64,000 nt of DNA from an uncultured Verrucomicrobiae bacterium (GCA_963836755.1 CAWIKF010000002.1:416001-480000), one strand, 5' to 3'; positions 9,883 to 20,170 are shown, numbered from the stretch's first letter. Program-made: numbers and translations. Notes: generated by a model from the letters alone, not told the origin.

Positions 9883-10649
9883 TGGGCTGCGAGTCCGCCC
9901 CCGCCCGCAACGGCAACTCCGCGGTGAAGTTGACCTACGCCAATGCCGGGACCTCAGGGTCGCGCTATACCTCATGCCAATCCCCTTGGCGGTGGACGGT
10001 CAGGTAGTGTGCTACGCTCATGTGGATGTCAGCGGGTCGAAAGAGAGCTCGCAAACCGTATTGTTTGCCGATCTGGCGCCCGGCGAGCGCGAGGTGAAGG
10101 CGGGCGTCCCCGCGTTCCCCTGGACGCACAAGTCGGTGAAGATCACGGCGACTCCTCCAGCAGTCCGATTTGTCCGCCGCCGGTCAAGACCCTGGCCTCA
10201 AGCGAAGGCCCCGGCATGGAAGCCAGTCATTTGTTTGACGGCAATCTTTCCCTAATTCCGTCGGGAAGGCTGACGGCTTGGCGGCGTTTACATGGCCGCG
10301 CCCAAGAAAAACGCCCCCATGCTTTGGACCGACTACGGCAAATCGATCAAGGCCAACGGGGGTGGCTTTCGCGCAACCACCTTCCTCTCCGGGCGAGCGA
10401 AACCATACGACGCCGATCAATCTGTGGTTTTTCCCTACCGATCCAGGTGGCGGCCCAGTGGTCTCTCACGTGACCACCAAGCGCGGTCCCGATGAAGCAA
10501 TAAGCATCCAGTGGCACAACGATTCTCTCTTGAGAGCTTATTCTTTCGGCCGTCCTCGCGTCGGCCAGTTTGTCGTCATGTAGCTCGTGGGGCACGGTGC
10601 CAGCGCCGGCGGCAGCGAATTGCGGCTGATCGCCCAGTAAAGAACGCAC

Positions 10650-10674
10650 CGAAAAATTAGCGAAAAATTAGCGA
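10650..10674. repeat. Tandem CGAAAAATTAG x2 plus CGA, candidate arm-type sites of the island
   Basis: 11-bp period, ending 27 bp before the tRNA-derived repeat. Confidence 0.6.
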
Positions 10675-10701
10675 CTGAAATGGCTCCTCAGCGCAAAAAT
10701 G

Positions 10702-10756
10702 CAGACTTAGCATCTGGTTCCGCAAGGATTAGGGGTTCAAGTCCCCTCCTTGGCAC
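10702..10756 (+). repeat. att-site copy of the tRNA-Leu 3' part
   Basis: CAGACTTAGCATCTGGTTCCGCAAGGATTAGGGGTTCAAGTCCCCTCCTTGGCAC is 50/55 identical to 3659-3713. Confidence 0.95.
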
Positions 10757-10813
10757 GCTCAGTGGAATGCAAAGCAGCTTGTCGCACGCGCGTCGCGGGT
10801 TAAATTGCGCCGC

Positions 10814-11224
10814 ATGGAATTGATCAAAAAGGAGCTGACGCTGGAGTATTGGCCCGTAAACAAGTGGATCGAGGGCCGGCTGCGCGAAATTCCAGATGTT
10901 CTGAGCCAGGGCCAGACCCGCGATGAGCTGGAGGAGAATGTGCGCGAGGATTGCGCAGATTTGCTGCTCGACGCGGAGTTCGCGCGGCGGCGCGGCTACG
11001 GTCATCTCGACCCGGCCGATGTGCGCAACGCGGAGCTAAAGTATGTGGAGCTCGATCGCTTTCACGCCGCCTGCGCGCAGCTCCAATCGCTTTCGCCGGA
11101 TCGGATGGAAAAAGTTTTTGCCTACATCGAAGATCTCATCGATCTCGAGGCGCTGGAGCGAAAGGCGGATGCTGACGAAGCGAACCGCCGCGCCGAGGAT
11201 GCCGAGCCGGGTGAAGACTGGTAA
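10814..11224 (+). CDS. HicB-like antitoxin-domain protein with acidic helical C-terminal extension
   Basis: LTLEYW...WIEGRLREIPDVLSQGQTRDELEENVRE is the HicB partial RNase H fold pattern. Confidence 0.7.
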   Translation: MELIKKELTLEYWPVNKWIEGRLREIPDVLSQGQTRDELEENVREDCADLLLDAEFARRRGYGHLDPADVRNAELKYVELDRFHAACAQLQSLSPDRMEKVFAYIEDLIDLEALERKADADEANRRAEDAEPGEDW

Positions 11225-13207
11225 ATGGCGCGCCAATACACGCTGCAGCGCGGTCCGGGCGCCGGGATCAAAATTGATTATGCGGCGGAATTAAATCCGC
11301 AGCAATGCGCCGCAGTGACCGCGCCGCCTGGACCCGCGCTCGTGATCGCCGGCGCAGGTTCGGGAAAAACGCGAACGCTCATTTATCGCGTGGCGTATCT
11401 CATCGAGAATGGCGTGAGCCCGTCGCAAATTTTGCTGCTGACTTTTACCAACAAAGCAGCGCGCGAAATGCTCGAGCGCGTGACGAATTTACTGCCGAAT
11501 GACACGAGCGGCCTGTGGGGTGGGACGTTTCATTCCATCGGCAACCGGATGCTGCGGCGCAACGCGGAGGCGGCCGGTTTTCGCCCCGGATTCTCGATCA
11601 TGGATCGCGAGGATCAGCAGGACATGCTTGACGCCGTGATCGCCAGCGCCGGTTTTTCCACAAAGGACAAACGTTTTCCGAAAGGCGAGGTGCTCGGCGA
11701 TATTTATTCATTCGCGCTGAACACGAATCGAAAAATCGAGGACGTGCTCGCGGAAAAGTATCCCTACTTTTTACCCTTGCAGGCCGACATCGAGGCGTTG
11801 CAAAAAAAATACGAGGCGCGGAAAAAGTCGGCGAACGCGCTCGATTTCGACGATCTGCTCGAGAAGACGCTGCGGATGCTGCAGACCGATGAGCGCGTCG
11901 CGGATTATTACCGGCGGCACTTTGAATACATCCTCGTGGACGAGTATCAGGACACGAATTCGATCCAGGCGGACTTCATCGATGCGCTCGGCGCTCGGCA
12001 TCAAAACGTGATGGTCGTCGGCGACGATGCGCAGTCGATCTACTCGTGGCGCGGCGCGAATTTCCAAAACATTTTGCAATTCCCGAAACGCTATCCGTCT
12101 GCGGTTGTTTATAAAATTGAAACAAACTACCGCAGTGTGCCGGCTGTTTTACAAGTGGCGAATGCGGCCATCGCCGCAAATGTGCAGCAGTTTAAAAAAG
12201 AGCTGCAGCCGGCGCGGGACGAGGGCGCGATGAAGCCGGCGCTCGTGCCGCTCGCGGACTCGAACCAGCAGGCGCAATTCGTCGCGCAGCGCATTCTCGA
12301 TTTGCGGGATGAAGGTTTTGATCTGCGTGAAATCGCGGTGCTTTATCGCGCGCACTTTCACTCCATGGAATTGCAGATGGAGCTGACGCGGCATGGCATT
12401 CCGTTCGCGATCACGAGCGGGCTCCGTTTCTTTGAGCAGGCACACATCAAGGATGTCGCGGCGTTTCTAAAATTCGCCGTGAACCCGCGCGATGAGGTCG
12501 CTTTTAAACGCATCGCGCGGCTCCTGCCGGGAATCGGCAATCGCTCGGCAGAGCAGCTGTGGAGCGGGTTTGAGCAAGGAGACGGAAATTTTGCGACGTT
12601 GCGAACTTTGAAAGTCCCCGCGAAATCGCAACGCGCGTGGGAGCAGCTCGCGCACACGCTCGAGGAGATCGCGCCGGGCGGAAAACCGAACCCGCCGAAC
12701 GAGATGATCGCGTCGGTGCTCGAGGCGGTCTACGACGATTATCTGAAGGCAAAGTTCCCGAATTACGAAGCGCGCCGCGAAGATTTGAACGTGCTGCAAA
12801 ATTATGCGCGCCAATACAAAGACGCGCATGAATTTCTCGACCAGCTCGCACTCATTTCAAGTCTTGAAAGCGAGACCGAACTTGGCACACGCGAGGAGGA
12901 GGACGAGATGGTGAATCTCTCGTCCGTGCACCAGGCGAAGGGCCTCGAGTGGCGCGTCGTGTTTGTCATTTACATGTGCGACGGCATGTTTCCGAGCTCG
13001 CGCTCGCTCGACACCGACGCCGCGATCGAGGAGGAGCGGCGCTTGTTTTATGTCGCGGTCACACGCGCGCGCGACGAACTTTATCTCACGTATCCGAACC
13101 TGCGGATGAATGCAGGCTACGGCGAAATGTTGCAGCGGCCGTCGCGTTTTTTAAACGAAGTGCCGAAGGCGCTGCTCGAGGAATGGCAGATCAGCGCGGC
13201 GTTTTAA
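11225..13207 (+). CDS. uvrD: UvrD/PcrA family ATP-dependent DNA helicase
   Basis: AGAGSGKT, TFTNKAA, VDEYQDTN, VGDDAQSIY, HQAKGLEW, EEERRLFYVAVTRA. Confidence 0.95.
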   Translation: MARQYTLQRGPGAGIKIDYAAELNPQQCAAVTAPPGPALVIAGAGSGKTRTLIYRVAYLIENGVSPSQILLLTFTNKAAREMLERVTNLLPNDTSGLWGGTFHSIGNRMLRRNAEAAGFRPGFSIMDREDQQDMLDAVIASAGFSTKDKRFPKGEVLGDIYSFALNTNRKIEDVLAEKYPYFLPLQADIEALQKKYEARKKSANALDFDDLLEKTLRMLQTDERVADYYRRHFEYILVDEYQDTNSIQADFIDALGARHQNVMVVGDDAQSIYSWRGANFQNILQFPKRYPSAVVYKIETNYRSVPAVLQVANAAIAANVQQFKKELQPARDEGAMKPALVPLADSNQQAQFVAQRILDLRDEGFDLREIAVLYRAHFHSMELQMELTRHGIPFAITSGLRFFEQAHIKDVAAFLKFAVNPRDEVAFKRIARLLPGIGNRSAEQLWSGFEQGDGNFATLRTLKVPAKSQRAWEQLAHTLEEIAPGGKPNPPNEMIASVLEAVYDDYLKAKFPNYEARREDLNVLQNYARQYKDAHEFLDQLALISSLESETELGTREEEDEMVNLSSVHQAKGLEWRVVFVIYMCDGMFPSSRSLDTDAAIEEERRLFYVAVTRARDELYLTYPNLRMNAGYGEMLQRPSRFLNEVPKALLEEWQISAAF

Positions 13208-13255
13208 CATTTGTGTTCGTTTGTCAACGGCGCGCGCGGCGGCAATAATCGGCGC

Positions 13256-14164
13256 ATGGAAAAACCGTCATTGTTGATTCTCGCCGCCGGGCTCGGCAGC
13301 CGTTACGGCGGCTTCAAGCAGATCGATCCAATCGGCCCGTCGGGCGAAGTCATCATCGACTATTCCATTTTCGACGCAGTGCGCGCCGGCTTTGGCCGGA
13401 TCGTCATCGTGACCGCACCGGCGCTGGAAAAACCGCTGCGCGAGCATTTCGCAAAAACGCTCGGCGACGACATTGAGCTCGTTTTCGTTTTCCAAAAACT
13501 CGACGACCTGCCGAATGGATTTTCCGCGCCGGCTGAAAGACAAAAACCGTGGGGAACCGCGCATGCGATCTGGTCGGCGCGCGCGGCTTTGGACGGAGCT
13601 TTCGGCGTGATCAATGCGGACGATTTTTACGGGAAAAGTTCTTTTCGCGTGCTGCACGATTTTCTCGCGAACAAGCGTGCAGGCGAGTTTGCGCTCGTCG
13701 GATTCGAGCTGGCGAAAACACTTTCCGCGCACGGAACGGTCTCGCGCGGAATTTGCCGCGGCGATGCCGATGGCTATCTGATAAACGTTGTTGAACACAC
13801 AAAAATCGAGCCGGACGCGGCGAAGGGCGCGCGTTCATGGATGGGCGAAAAGGAATGGCAGCCGCTCGCGGCAGAAACGGTGACTTCGATGAACATGTGG
13901 GGTTTTGATGGATCGCTGCTGCGAAACATGGAGGATGAATTTCGGAAATTTCTCGCGGCGGAGTCTGGCTATCCGAAGTCGGAATTTTTCATCCCGACGG
14001 TCGTGGATGCCTTGATTCAGCGCGGACTTTGTCGCTGCAAAATTTTAAAAACTTCCGAGCAATGGTTCGGCGTGACTTACCAGGAAGATCGCGCGGAAGC
14101 GGCGCGGACGGTGCGCGAATTGACGGCGCGCGGCATTTATCCGGCATCGCTCGCGCGGAACTGA
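13256..14164 (+). CDS. Sugar-phosphate nucleotidyltransferase family protein
   Basis: LAAGLGSRYGG, KPWGTAHA, INADDFYG, WFGVTY. Confidence 0.85.
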   Translation: MEKPSLLILAAGLGSRYGGFKQIDPIGPSGEVIIDYSIFDAVRAGFGRIVIVTAPALEKPLREHFAKTLGDDIELVFVFQKLDDLPNGFSAPAERQKPWGTAHAIWSARAALDGAFGVINADDFYGKSSFRVLHDFLANKRAGEFALVGFELAKTLSAHGTVSRGICRGDADGYLINVVEHTKIEPDAAKGARSWMGEKEWQPLAAETVTSMNMWGFDGSLLRNMEDEFRKFLAAESGYPKSEFFIPTVVDALIQRGLCRCKILKTSEQWFGVTYQEDRAEAARTVRELTARGIYPASLARN

Positions 14165-14268
14165 AGCGCGCATGAAGGCAAAGTCGCGCGAATCTTTCTC
14201 GAAAATAATCTGTGTCCAATCCGCGGAATCTGTGGCTTGCTGACTTTGATTTTTCTCGATTGTCTTGC

Positions 14269-15141
14269 ATGAAAATTTACATCGACGGCGCATTTTACGC
14301 GGAAGCTGACGCGAAGATTTCAGTGTTCGATCACGGGTTGCTTTACGGCGACGGCGTGTTCGAGGGAATTCGTTTTTACAACGGCCGCGTTTTTAAATTT
14401 GAGGAGCATCTGACGCGGCTGTGGGAGTCGGCGCGGGCCATTTGTTTAACAGTGCCGATCTCGCGCGAGGAAATGTCGGCGGCGGTGCTGGAGACGATTC
14501 GGCAGAATAATTTGCGCGACGGTTATGTGCGGCTGGTCGTGACGCGCGGCATTGGCAATCTCGGATTGAGCCCGGACAAATGCCCGCGCGCGAGCGTGAT
14601 CGTCATCGCGGCGACGATCGCGCTTTATCCGGAGGAGCTGTATCAGCGCGGGCTGGACGTGATCACGTGCGGCACGCGGCGCATGTCGGCGGCGGCATTG
14701 AGCCCGGCGATCAAGTCGCTCAACTATTTAAACAATATTTTAGCGAAGATCGAGGCGAACCAGGCCGGTGCCGGCGAAGGGCTGATGCTCAACGAGCAGG
14801 GAAACGTGGCCGAATGCACCGGCGACAATATTTTCGTGCTCAAGCGCGGCGCGCTCGTGACGCCGCCGATCAGCGCGGGCGGATTGCGCGGGATCACGCG
14901 CGAAGCTGTGTTTGAGATCGCCGCGGAATTTGGGATCAAAGTCAGCGAGCCGGAATTGACGCGCTACGATATTTACACGGCCGACGAATGCTTTCTCACC
15001 GGCACCGCCGCGGAGATCATCGCGGTCGTGAAGCTTGATCAGCGGCTGATTGGCGACGGACGGCCGGGACCGGTGACGCAGCGTTTCATCGATCGGTTCC
15101 GCGAGTTGACACAATCCACCGGCGCGCCAATTTACTCATAG
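14269..15141 (+). CDS. ilvE: Branched-chain amino acid aminotransferase
   Basis: DHGLLYGDGVFEGIR, KSLNYLNN, GITR, DECFLTGTAAE. Confidence 0.93.
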   Translation: MKIYIDGAFYAEADAKISVFDHGLLYGDGVFEGIRFYNGRVFKFEEHLTRLWESARAICLTVPISREEMSAAVLETIRQNNLRDGYVRLVVTRGIGNLGLSPDKCPRASVIVIAATIALYPEELYQRGLDVITCGTRRMSAAALSPAIKSLNYLNNILAKIEANQAGAGEGLMLNEQGNVAECTGDNIFVLKRGALVTPPISAGGLRGITREAVFEIAAEFGIKVSEPELTRYDIYTADECFLTGTAAEIIAVVKLDQRLIGDGRPGPVTQRFIDRFRELTQSTGAPIYS

Positions 15142-15156
15142 AAAGTTTTTTCGAGA

Positions 15157-15648
15157 ATGACCTGCGACGTTTGCAAAACCAACCAAGCGACGGTTTTTCT
15201 CACGCAAATTGTCGACGGCAAAATGCAGAAGGTGAATCTCTGCGAATCGTGCTCGAAGGAAAAAGGCGTGACTGATCCGACGGGATTCGCGCTGGCGGAT
15301 TTGCTGCTCGGGCTCGGCGCCGCGCAGGAAATCGAGAAGGGCGGCAGCTCGGAAAAATGTCCGGTCTGCGGCTTCAGCCAGGCGGATTTTAAAAAGACCG
15401 GGCGGCTCGGCTGCGCGGTTTGCTACGACACTTTTGAGGAAGGGCTCGCGTCGCTTTTGAAGGCGATGCACAAGGGGACCACGCACGTCGGCAAAGTGCC
15501 GGCGCGGCTCGCGAAGTCGCTGCAGCTCGATGCGGAGCGGAAGCAATTGCAATCCGATCTCGACCGCGCGGTGGCGGAGGAAAATTACGAATCCGCCGCT
15601 GAGATCCGCGACCAATTGAAGCAGCTGGAAATTTCGCACGAATCCTAA
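15157..15648 (+). CDS. mcsA: McsA (four CxxC motifs plus UVR domain)
   Basis: CDVC, CESC, CPVC, GRLGCAVCY, HVGKVP, EENYESAAEIRD. Confidence 0.93.
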   Translation: MTCDVCKTNQATVFLTQIVDGKMQKVNLCESCSKEKGVTDPTGFALADLLLGLGAAQEIEKGGSSEKCPVCGFSQADFKKTGRLGCAVCYDTFEEGLASLLKAMHKGTTHVGKVPARLAKSLQLDAERKQLQSDLDRAVAEENYESAAEIRDQLKQLEISHES

Positions 15649-15652
15649 CCGC

Positions 15653-16765
15653 GTGAAATTTGCCAATCTTTTTTCCAGCTCCGGCGAATGGCTGCGCGGA
15701 GACGGGCCGCATCATCAGATCGTGATCAGCAGCCGCGTGCGGCTCGCGCGAAATTTGCGCGCCCACGCATTTCCCGGCTGGGCGAAAAAAGTCGAGCGCC
15801 TGCAAATCCTCGAGCAGATCAAGCCGCGCGTGGATGAGCTGCCGGAAATGCAGGACGCATTTTCCGAATATTTGCAGGACCTGACTGCGCTGGAAAAACA
15901 GGTGCTCGTCGAGCGGCACCTGATCAGCCGCGAGCAAGCTGCGAAGGGCGTTGGCAGCGCAGTCGTGATGAACCGCAAGCAGACGCTGAGTATCATGATC
16001 AACGAGGAGGATCATCTGCGGATGCAGGCGCTGCGATCGGGTTTGCAGCTTAAAAATGTTTTCAAATTGATCGACAAGGCCGACAGCGCGCTCGAGAGCA
16101 AACTCGAATTCGCATTTCATCCGAGACTCGGTTATTTAACAGCATGCCCAACAAACGTTGGCACCGGTATGCGCGCTTCCGCGATGCTGCACCTGCCCGC
16201 GCTCGTGCTGAGCGAGCAGATCAACCAAGTTATACAAGCTGTAAACAAAGTTGGACTCGCGGTGCGCGGACTTTACGGCGAGGGAACGGAGGCGATGGGA
16301 AATCTTTTTCAAGTCTCGAACCAAACCACCCTCGGCGAAAAGGAGGACGAAATCATCGCGCGGCTCAACCAGGTGATCGAAAAAATCATCGAGCACGAGC
16401 AGAATGCGCGGCAACTTTTGCTGCAAAAAAAACTCGGCACGCTGCTCGACCAGATCGGCCGCGGCTACGGCGTGCTCAGCCACGCGTATTCGATGACATC
16501 GAAGGAAGCGCTGAATTTGCTCTCGTTCATGAAGCTCGGGATCGACCTCGGATTTTTCCCGGAGGACAAGCGCGTGGCGATCGACGAGCTGTTCATGGAA
16601 ACGCAGCCGGCGCATTTGCAAAAAAGCTCGCAGCAAAAACTCGCGGCGGAGGAGCGGGACTCGTTGCGCGCGGAGATCATCCGTGACAAATTAAAAGCGT
16701 TCCCAAAACCCGTGATTACCCAACCTTCCGGCAACGGCCATACCGAAGCACAAAATGATGAATAA
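15653..16765 (+). CDS. mcsB: Protein arginine kinase McsB
   Basis: [30 protein letters not shown]; located between mcsA and clpC. Confidence 0.95.
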   Translation: MKFANLFSSSGEWLRGDGPHHQIVISSRVRLARNLRAHAFPGWAKKVERLQILEQIKPRVDELPEMQDAFSEYLQDLTALEKQVLVERHLISREQAAKGVGSAVVMNRKQTLSIMINEEDHLRMQALRSGLQLKNVFKLIDKADSALESKLEFAFHPRLGYLTACPTNVGTGMRASAMLHLPALVLSEQINQVIQAVNKVGLAVRGLYGEGTEAMGNLFQVSNQTTLGEKEDEIIARLNQVIEKIIEHEQNARQLLLQKKLGTLLDQIGRGYGVLSHAYSMTSKEALNLLSFMKLGIDLGFFPEDKRVAIDELFMETQPAHLQKSSQQKLAAEERDSLRAEIIRDKLKAFPKPVITQPSGNGHTEAQNDE

Positions 16766-19238
16766 TTTCACTCCACGAGCTCAACAGGTTTTGGCGCTGG
16801 CCCGCAAGGAGGCGGATCGCTTCAACCATAATTATGTCGGGACCGAGCATCTGCTTTTGGGCTTGATCAAGCTGGGGCAGGGCGTCGCGGTGAATGTTTT
16901 ACAAAAGATGGGACTCGATCTCGAGACGGTGCGGATGGAAGTCGAGAAACAGGTTGGCAGCGGCCCGGAGACGAAAATGGTCGGCAACATTCCCTACACT
17001 CCGCGCGTGAAAAAAGTGCTCGCGCTCGCGGGCAAGGAAGCGAAATCGCTCAACCATTCCTACGTTGGGACGGAGCATATTTTGCTCGGACTTTTGCGCG
17101 AAGGCGAAGGCGTCGCGGCGCGCGTGCTAAAAAATCTTGAGATCGATATCGAGCGGACGCGCAACGAAATTTTGAAGGAGCTTGATCCGAATTTCACGCC
17201 GTCGGAAGGCGAGCAGGAGCCGAGTTCATCCGCCGCGGAAGGCAAGGGATCGAAGGACGTGAAGACGCCGGCGCTGCGCGCGTTTGGCCGCGACTTGACG
17301 GAGCTCGCGCGCAAAAACGAACTCGATCCGGTCATCGGCCGAAAAAACGAAATCGAGCGCGTGATTCAAGTGCTTTGCCGCCGCACGAAAAATAATCCGG
17401 TGCTTTTGGGCGAAGCTGGCGTCGGCAAAACAGCCATCGTCGAAGGTCTCGCGCAGGAAATTGCGAGCGGCAATGTGCCGGAAATTTTGCGCGACAAAAA
17501 AGTGATCACGCTCGACCTCGCGTTGATGGTCGCGGGCACCAAATATCGCGGCCAATTCGAGGAGCGGATCAAGGCCGTGATGGATGAAATTCGCCGCAGC
17601 AAAAACGTGATTCTTTTCATCGACGAGCTCCACACGATCGTCGGCGCGGGCTCTGCGGAAGGGGCGATGGACGCGTCAAACATCATCAAGCCGGCGCTGA
17701 GCCGCGGCGAAATGCAGTGCGTCGGTGCGACCACGCTCAACGAATATCGCAAATATATTGAAAAGGATGCGGCGCTCGAGCGGCGTTTCCAAAGCGTGAA
17801 AGTCGAGGCGCCGAGCGTGGACGAGGCGATTTTGATTTTGAAGGGGCTCAAGCCGAAATACGAAGTGCATCACAAGGCGAAGTTTACCGACAGTGCGCTC
17901 GAGGCCGCCGTGAAACTTTCCGACAGGTATTTAACAGGGCGTTTTCTACCCGACAAGGCGATCGACGTGATGGATGAAGCCGGCGCGCGCGCCCGCATTT
18001 CATCAATGACGCGGCCGCCGGATGTGAAGCACATCGAGCAGGAAATCGAGGACATCCGCGCGGAAAAGGAAGCGGCGATCAAGTCGCAGGATTTCGAAAA
18101 AGCCGCTTCGCTGCGCGACACGGAAAAGCAGGCGAAGGACAAGCTGGAAAACATTTTGACCGAATGGCGCGAGCAGCGCGAAGAGAAGGAAGTCGTCGTG
18201 ACGGATGAAGACATGATGCACATCGTCTCGAAGTGGACGGGCGTGCCGCTCAATCGGATGGAGCAAAAAGAAACGGCTAAATTGCTCGCGATGGAGAGCC
18301 AGCTTCGCGGCAAAGTCATCGGCCAGGATGAGGCGGTGATCGCGATCAGCAAGGCGCTGCGCCGCTCCCGCGCCGATTTGAAGGATCCGCGCCGGCCGAT
18401 CGGCTCATTTATTTTTCTCGGCCCGACCGGTGTCGGCAAAACTTTTCTCGCGCAGACGCTGGCTGAGTTCATGTTTGGCGACCGCGACGCGTTGATTCAG
18501 ATCGACATGTCGGAATACATGGAAAAATTCACGGCGTCGCGCCTGCTCGGTTCGCCTCCGGGTTACGTCGGCTACGAGGAGGGCGGCCAGCTCAGCGAAG
18601 CGGTTCGCCGCAGGCCTTATGCCGTGGTGCTTTTCGACGAAATCGAGAAGGCGCATCCGGATGTGATGCACCTGCTGTTGCAAATTTTGGAGGAGGGAAA
18701 AGTCACCGACTCGCTCGGCCGCAAAATTGATTTTCGCAACACGATCATCATCATGACCTCGAACGTCGGCGCCGATTTGATCAAGCGCCAGACTTCGCTC
18801 GGCTTCGGCGCGGCCTCGCGCGATGAAGGCGACTACGATGTGATGCGCGAGAAAATTCTCGAGGAGTCCAAACGCGTGTTTAAACCCGAGTTTATCAATC
18901 GTCTGGACGATTTGATCGTCTTTCACACGCTGACGAAGCCCGATTTGATGAAGATCGTGGATCTCGAAGTCTCGAAGGTGCTCGTTCGCGTGAAGAACAA
19001 AAACATCACCGTTTCGCTCGACACCAGCGCTCACGAGTTTCTCATCGAGAAAGGCTACGACCCGACCTACGGCGCGCGTCCGATGCGTCGTGCTGTGGAA
19101 AAATATCTCGAGGATCCGCTCGCCGAGGAAATTTTGCGCGGCAACATCAAGGAAGGCGATACGATCGCGGTCAGCGCGAAGGACGGCAAACTTACTTTTC
19201 GCACGCCCGAGCACGCCGAGCCTGCGGAAGCCAGCTAG
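16755..19238 (+). CDS. clpC: ATP-dependent Clp protease ATPase subunit ClpC
   Basis: Two Clp-N repeats, GEAGVGKT and GPTGVGKT Walker A motifs, UVR middle domain, LGF loop. Confidence 0.97.
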   Translation: MMNNFTPRAQQVLALARKEADRFNHNYVGTEHLLLGLIKLGQGVAVNVLQKMGLDLETVRMEVEKQVGSGPETKMVGNIPYTPRVKKVLALAGKEAKSLNHSYVGTEHILLGLLREGEGVAARVLKNLEIDIERTRNEILKELDPNFTPSEGEQEPSSSAAEGKGSKDVKTPALRAFGRDLTELARKNELDPVIGRKNEIERVIQVLCRRTKNNPVLLGEAGVGKTAIVEGLAQEIASGNVPEILRDKKVITLDLALMVAGTKYRGQFEERIKAVMDEIRRSKNVILFIDELHTIVGAGSAEGAMDASNIIKPALSRGEMQCVGATTLNEYRKYIEKDAALERRFQSVKVEAPSVDEAILILKGLKPKYEVHHKAKFTDSALEAAVKLSDRYLTGRFLPDKAIDVMDEAGARARISSMTRPPDVKHIEQEIEDIRAEKEAAIKSQDFEKAASLRDTEKQAKDKLENILTEWREQREEKEVVVTDEDMMHIVSKWTGVPLNRMEQKETAKLLAMESQLRGKVIGQDEAVIAISKALRRSRADLKDPRRPIGSFIFLGPTGVGKTFLAQTLAEFMFGDRDALIQIDMSEYMEKFTASRLLGSPPGYVGYEEGGQLSEAVRRRPYAVVLFDEIEKAHPDVMHLLLQILEEGKVTDSLGRKIDFRNTIIIMTSNVGADLIKRQTSLGFGAASRDEGDYDVMREKILEESKRVFKPEFINRLDDLIVFHTLTKPDLMKIVDLEVSKVLVRVKNKNITVSLDTSAHEFLIEKGYDPTYGARPMRRAVEKYLEDPLAEEILRGNIKEGDTIAVSAKDGKLTFRTPEHAEPAEAS

Positions 19239-19302
19239 CGCGGGAAAGCGAAATCGCAGGGACCGGCGAGGTCTGGCACCGCTGATGCTATCAAAGGTGG
19301 CA

Positions 19303-20157
19303 ATGTCCGCGCACCTTCACGTTCCACGCAAGTTCATCACGGCCAAAAGACTCGTCACCATGGGGGCGGTGCTGACCATTGGTTCGATGCTGATCATCGC
19401 CAGCATTTCCTACCGCACCACGGAAAGTTATTTGTCCTCAAAAGGCATCGGCTCTTCGCGGCTCCAGCTCATCCAAAACGTGCTATCCAATCTCAAGGAC
19501 GCCGAGGCTGCGCATCACGGTTTTCTGCTCACGGGCAACCCCACTTATCTCGATTCCTACAATGAAGCGCGGCTCGAGGTGAACCAAAACATCGCGCGAC
19601 TCCGGGCGCTCGCGAAGCAAATCGATTTCACCGAGGCGAACGAGCTCAACGACATGCGCGAGATGGTGAACGCAAAACTCGCCGAGCTCGGCAACAGCCT
19701 CGAAATCCGTCGCAACTCAGGTCTCGAGCCGGCGATTGAGTCCGTAGTTTCCGGCGACAAGGAAAACAGCCTCGAGCGGATCCGGAAATTCATCATGTCG
19801 ATCCAGGAGGACGAGTTGGAGCGCCAGGCAGACGTCGCGCGCGCGGACAAAGCGAGCGCGGCGTTTCATCAACATCTCACGCTCGGGCTCGTCGCGATCG
19901 ACGCTTTATTTTTGCTCGCCGTCGGCTTGCTCGGCTGGAAAATCAACCGCCTCGAACACCTCGTCACCGTCTGCGCCTGGTCGCAGAAAGTGGAATACGA
20001 AGGCGAATGGATGCGCTTTGAGGAGTTTCTGGAAAAGCGTTTCGGCATCCGCTGCTCGCACGGAATTTCCGAGGAGGAAGCCAAAAAATGGTTTGTGCCG
20101 GAATTGCCCACCGACGCCACGGATATCAACATCAACGACGAAAGCGCGCTCGCGTAA
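19303..20157 (+). CDS. CHASE3 membrane sensor with a short C-terminal CAW...SHG domain
   Basis: TM, LKDAEAAHHGFLLTGNPTYLDSY (CHASE3), TM, then LVTVCAWSQKV...W...EEFL...SHGIS; no kinase or cyclase domain. Confidence 0.8.
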   Translation: MSAHLHVPRKFITAKRLVTMGAVLTIGSMLIIASISYRTTESYLSSKGIGSSRLQLIQNVLSNLKDAEAAHHGFLLTGNPTYLDSYNEARLEVNQNIARLRALAKQIDFTEANELNDMREMVNAKLAELGNSLEIRRNSGLEPAIESVVSGDKENSLERIRKFIMSIQEDELERQADVARADKASAAFHQHLTLGLVAIDALFLLAVGLLGWKINRLEHLVTVCAWSQKVEYEGEWMRFEEFLEKRFGIRCSHGISEEEAKKWFVPELPTDATDININDESALA

Positions 20158-20170
20158 AAGGGGGCGCGTG

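Larger units (their letters stand above)
3659..10756. mobile_element. Degenerate genomic island inserted in tRNA-Leu, with no integrase of its own
   Basis: Bounded by 55-bp direct repeats (3659-3713 and 10702-10756, 5 mismatches); filled with gene fragments. Confidence 0.85.

Noticed and set aside
9773..10255. 160-aa ORF as a real gene
   Set aside because: Only the first ~36 aa match YoaK; the remainder reads through a deletion junction.
10702..10756. Second functional tRNA-Leu gene
   Set aside because: No 5' acceptor strand or D-arm precedes it; it is an att-type fragment.
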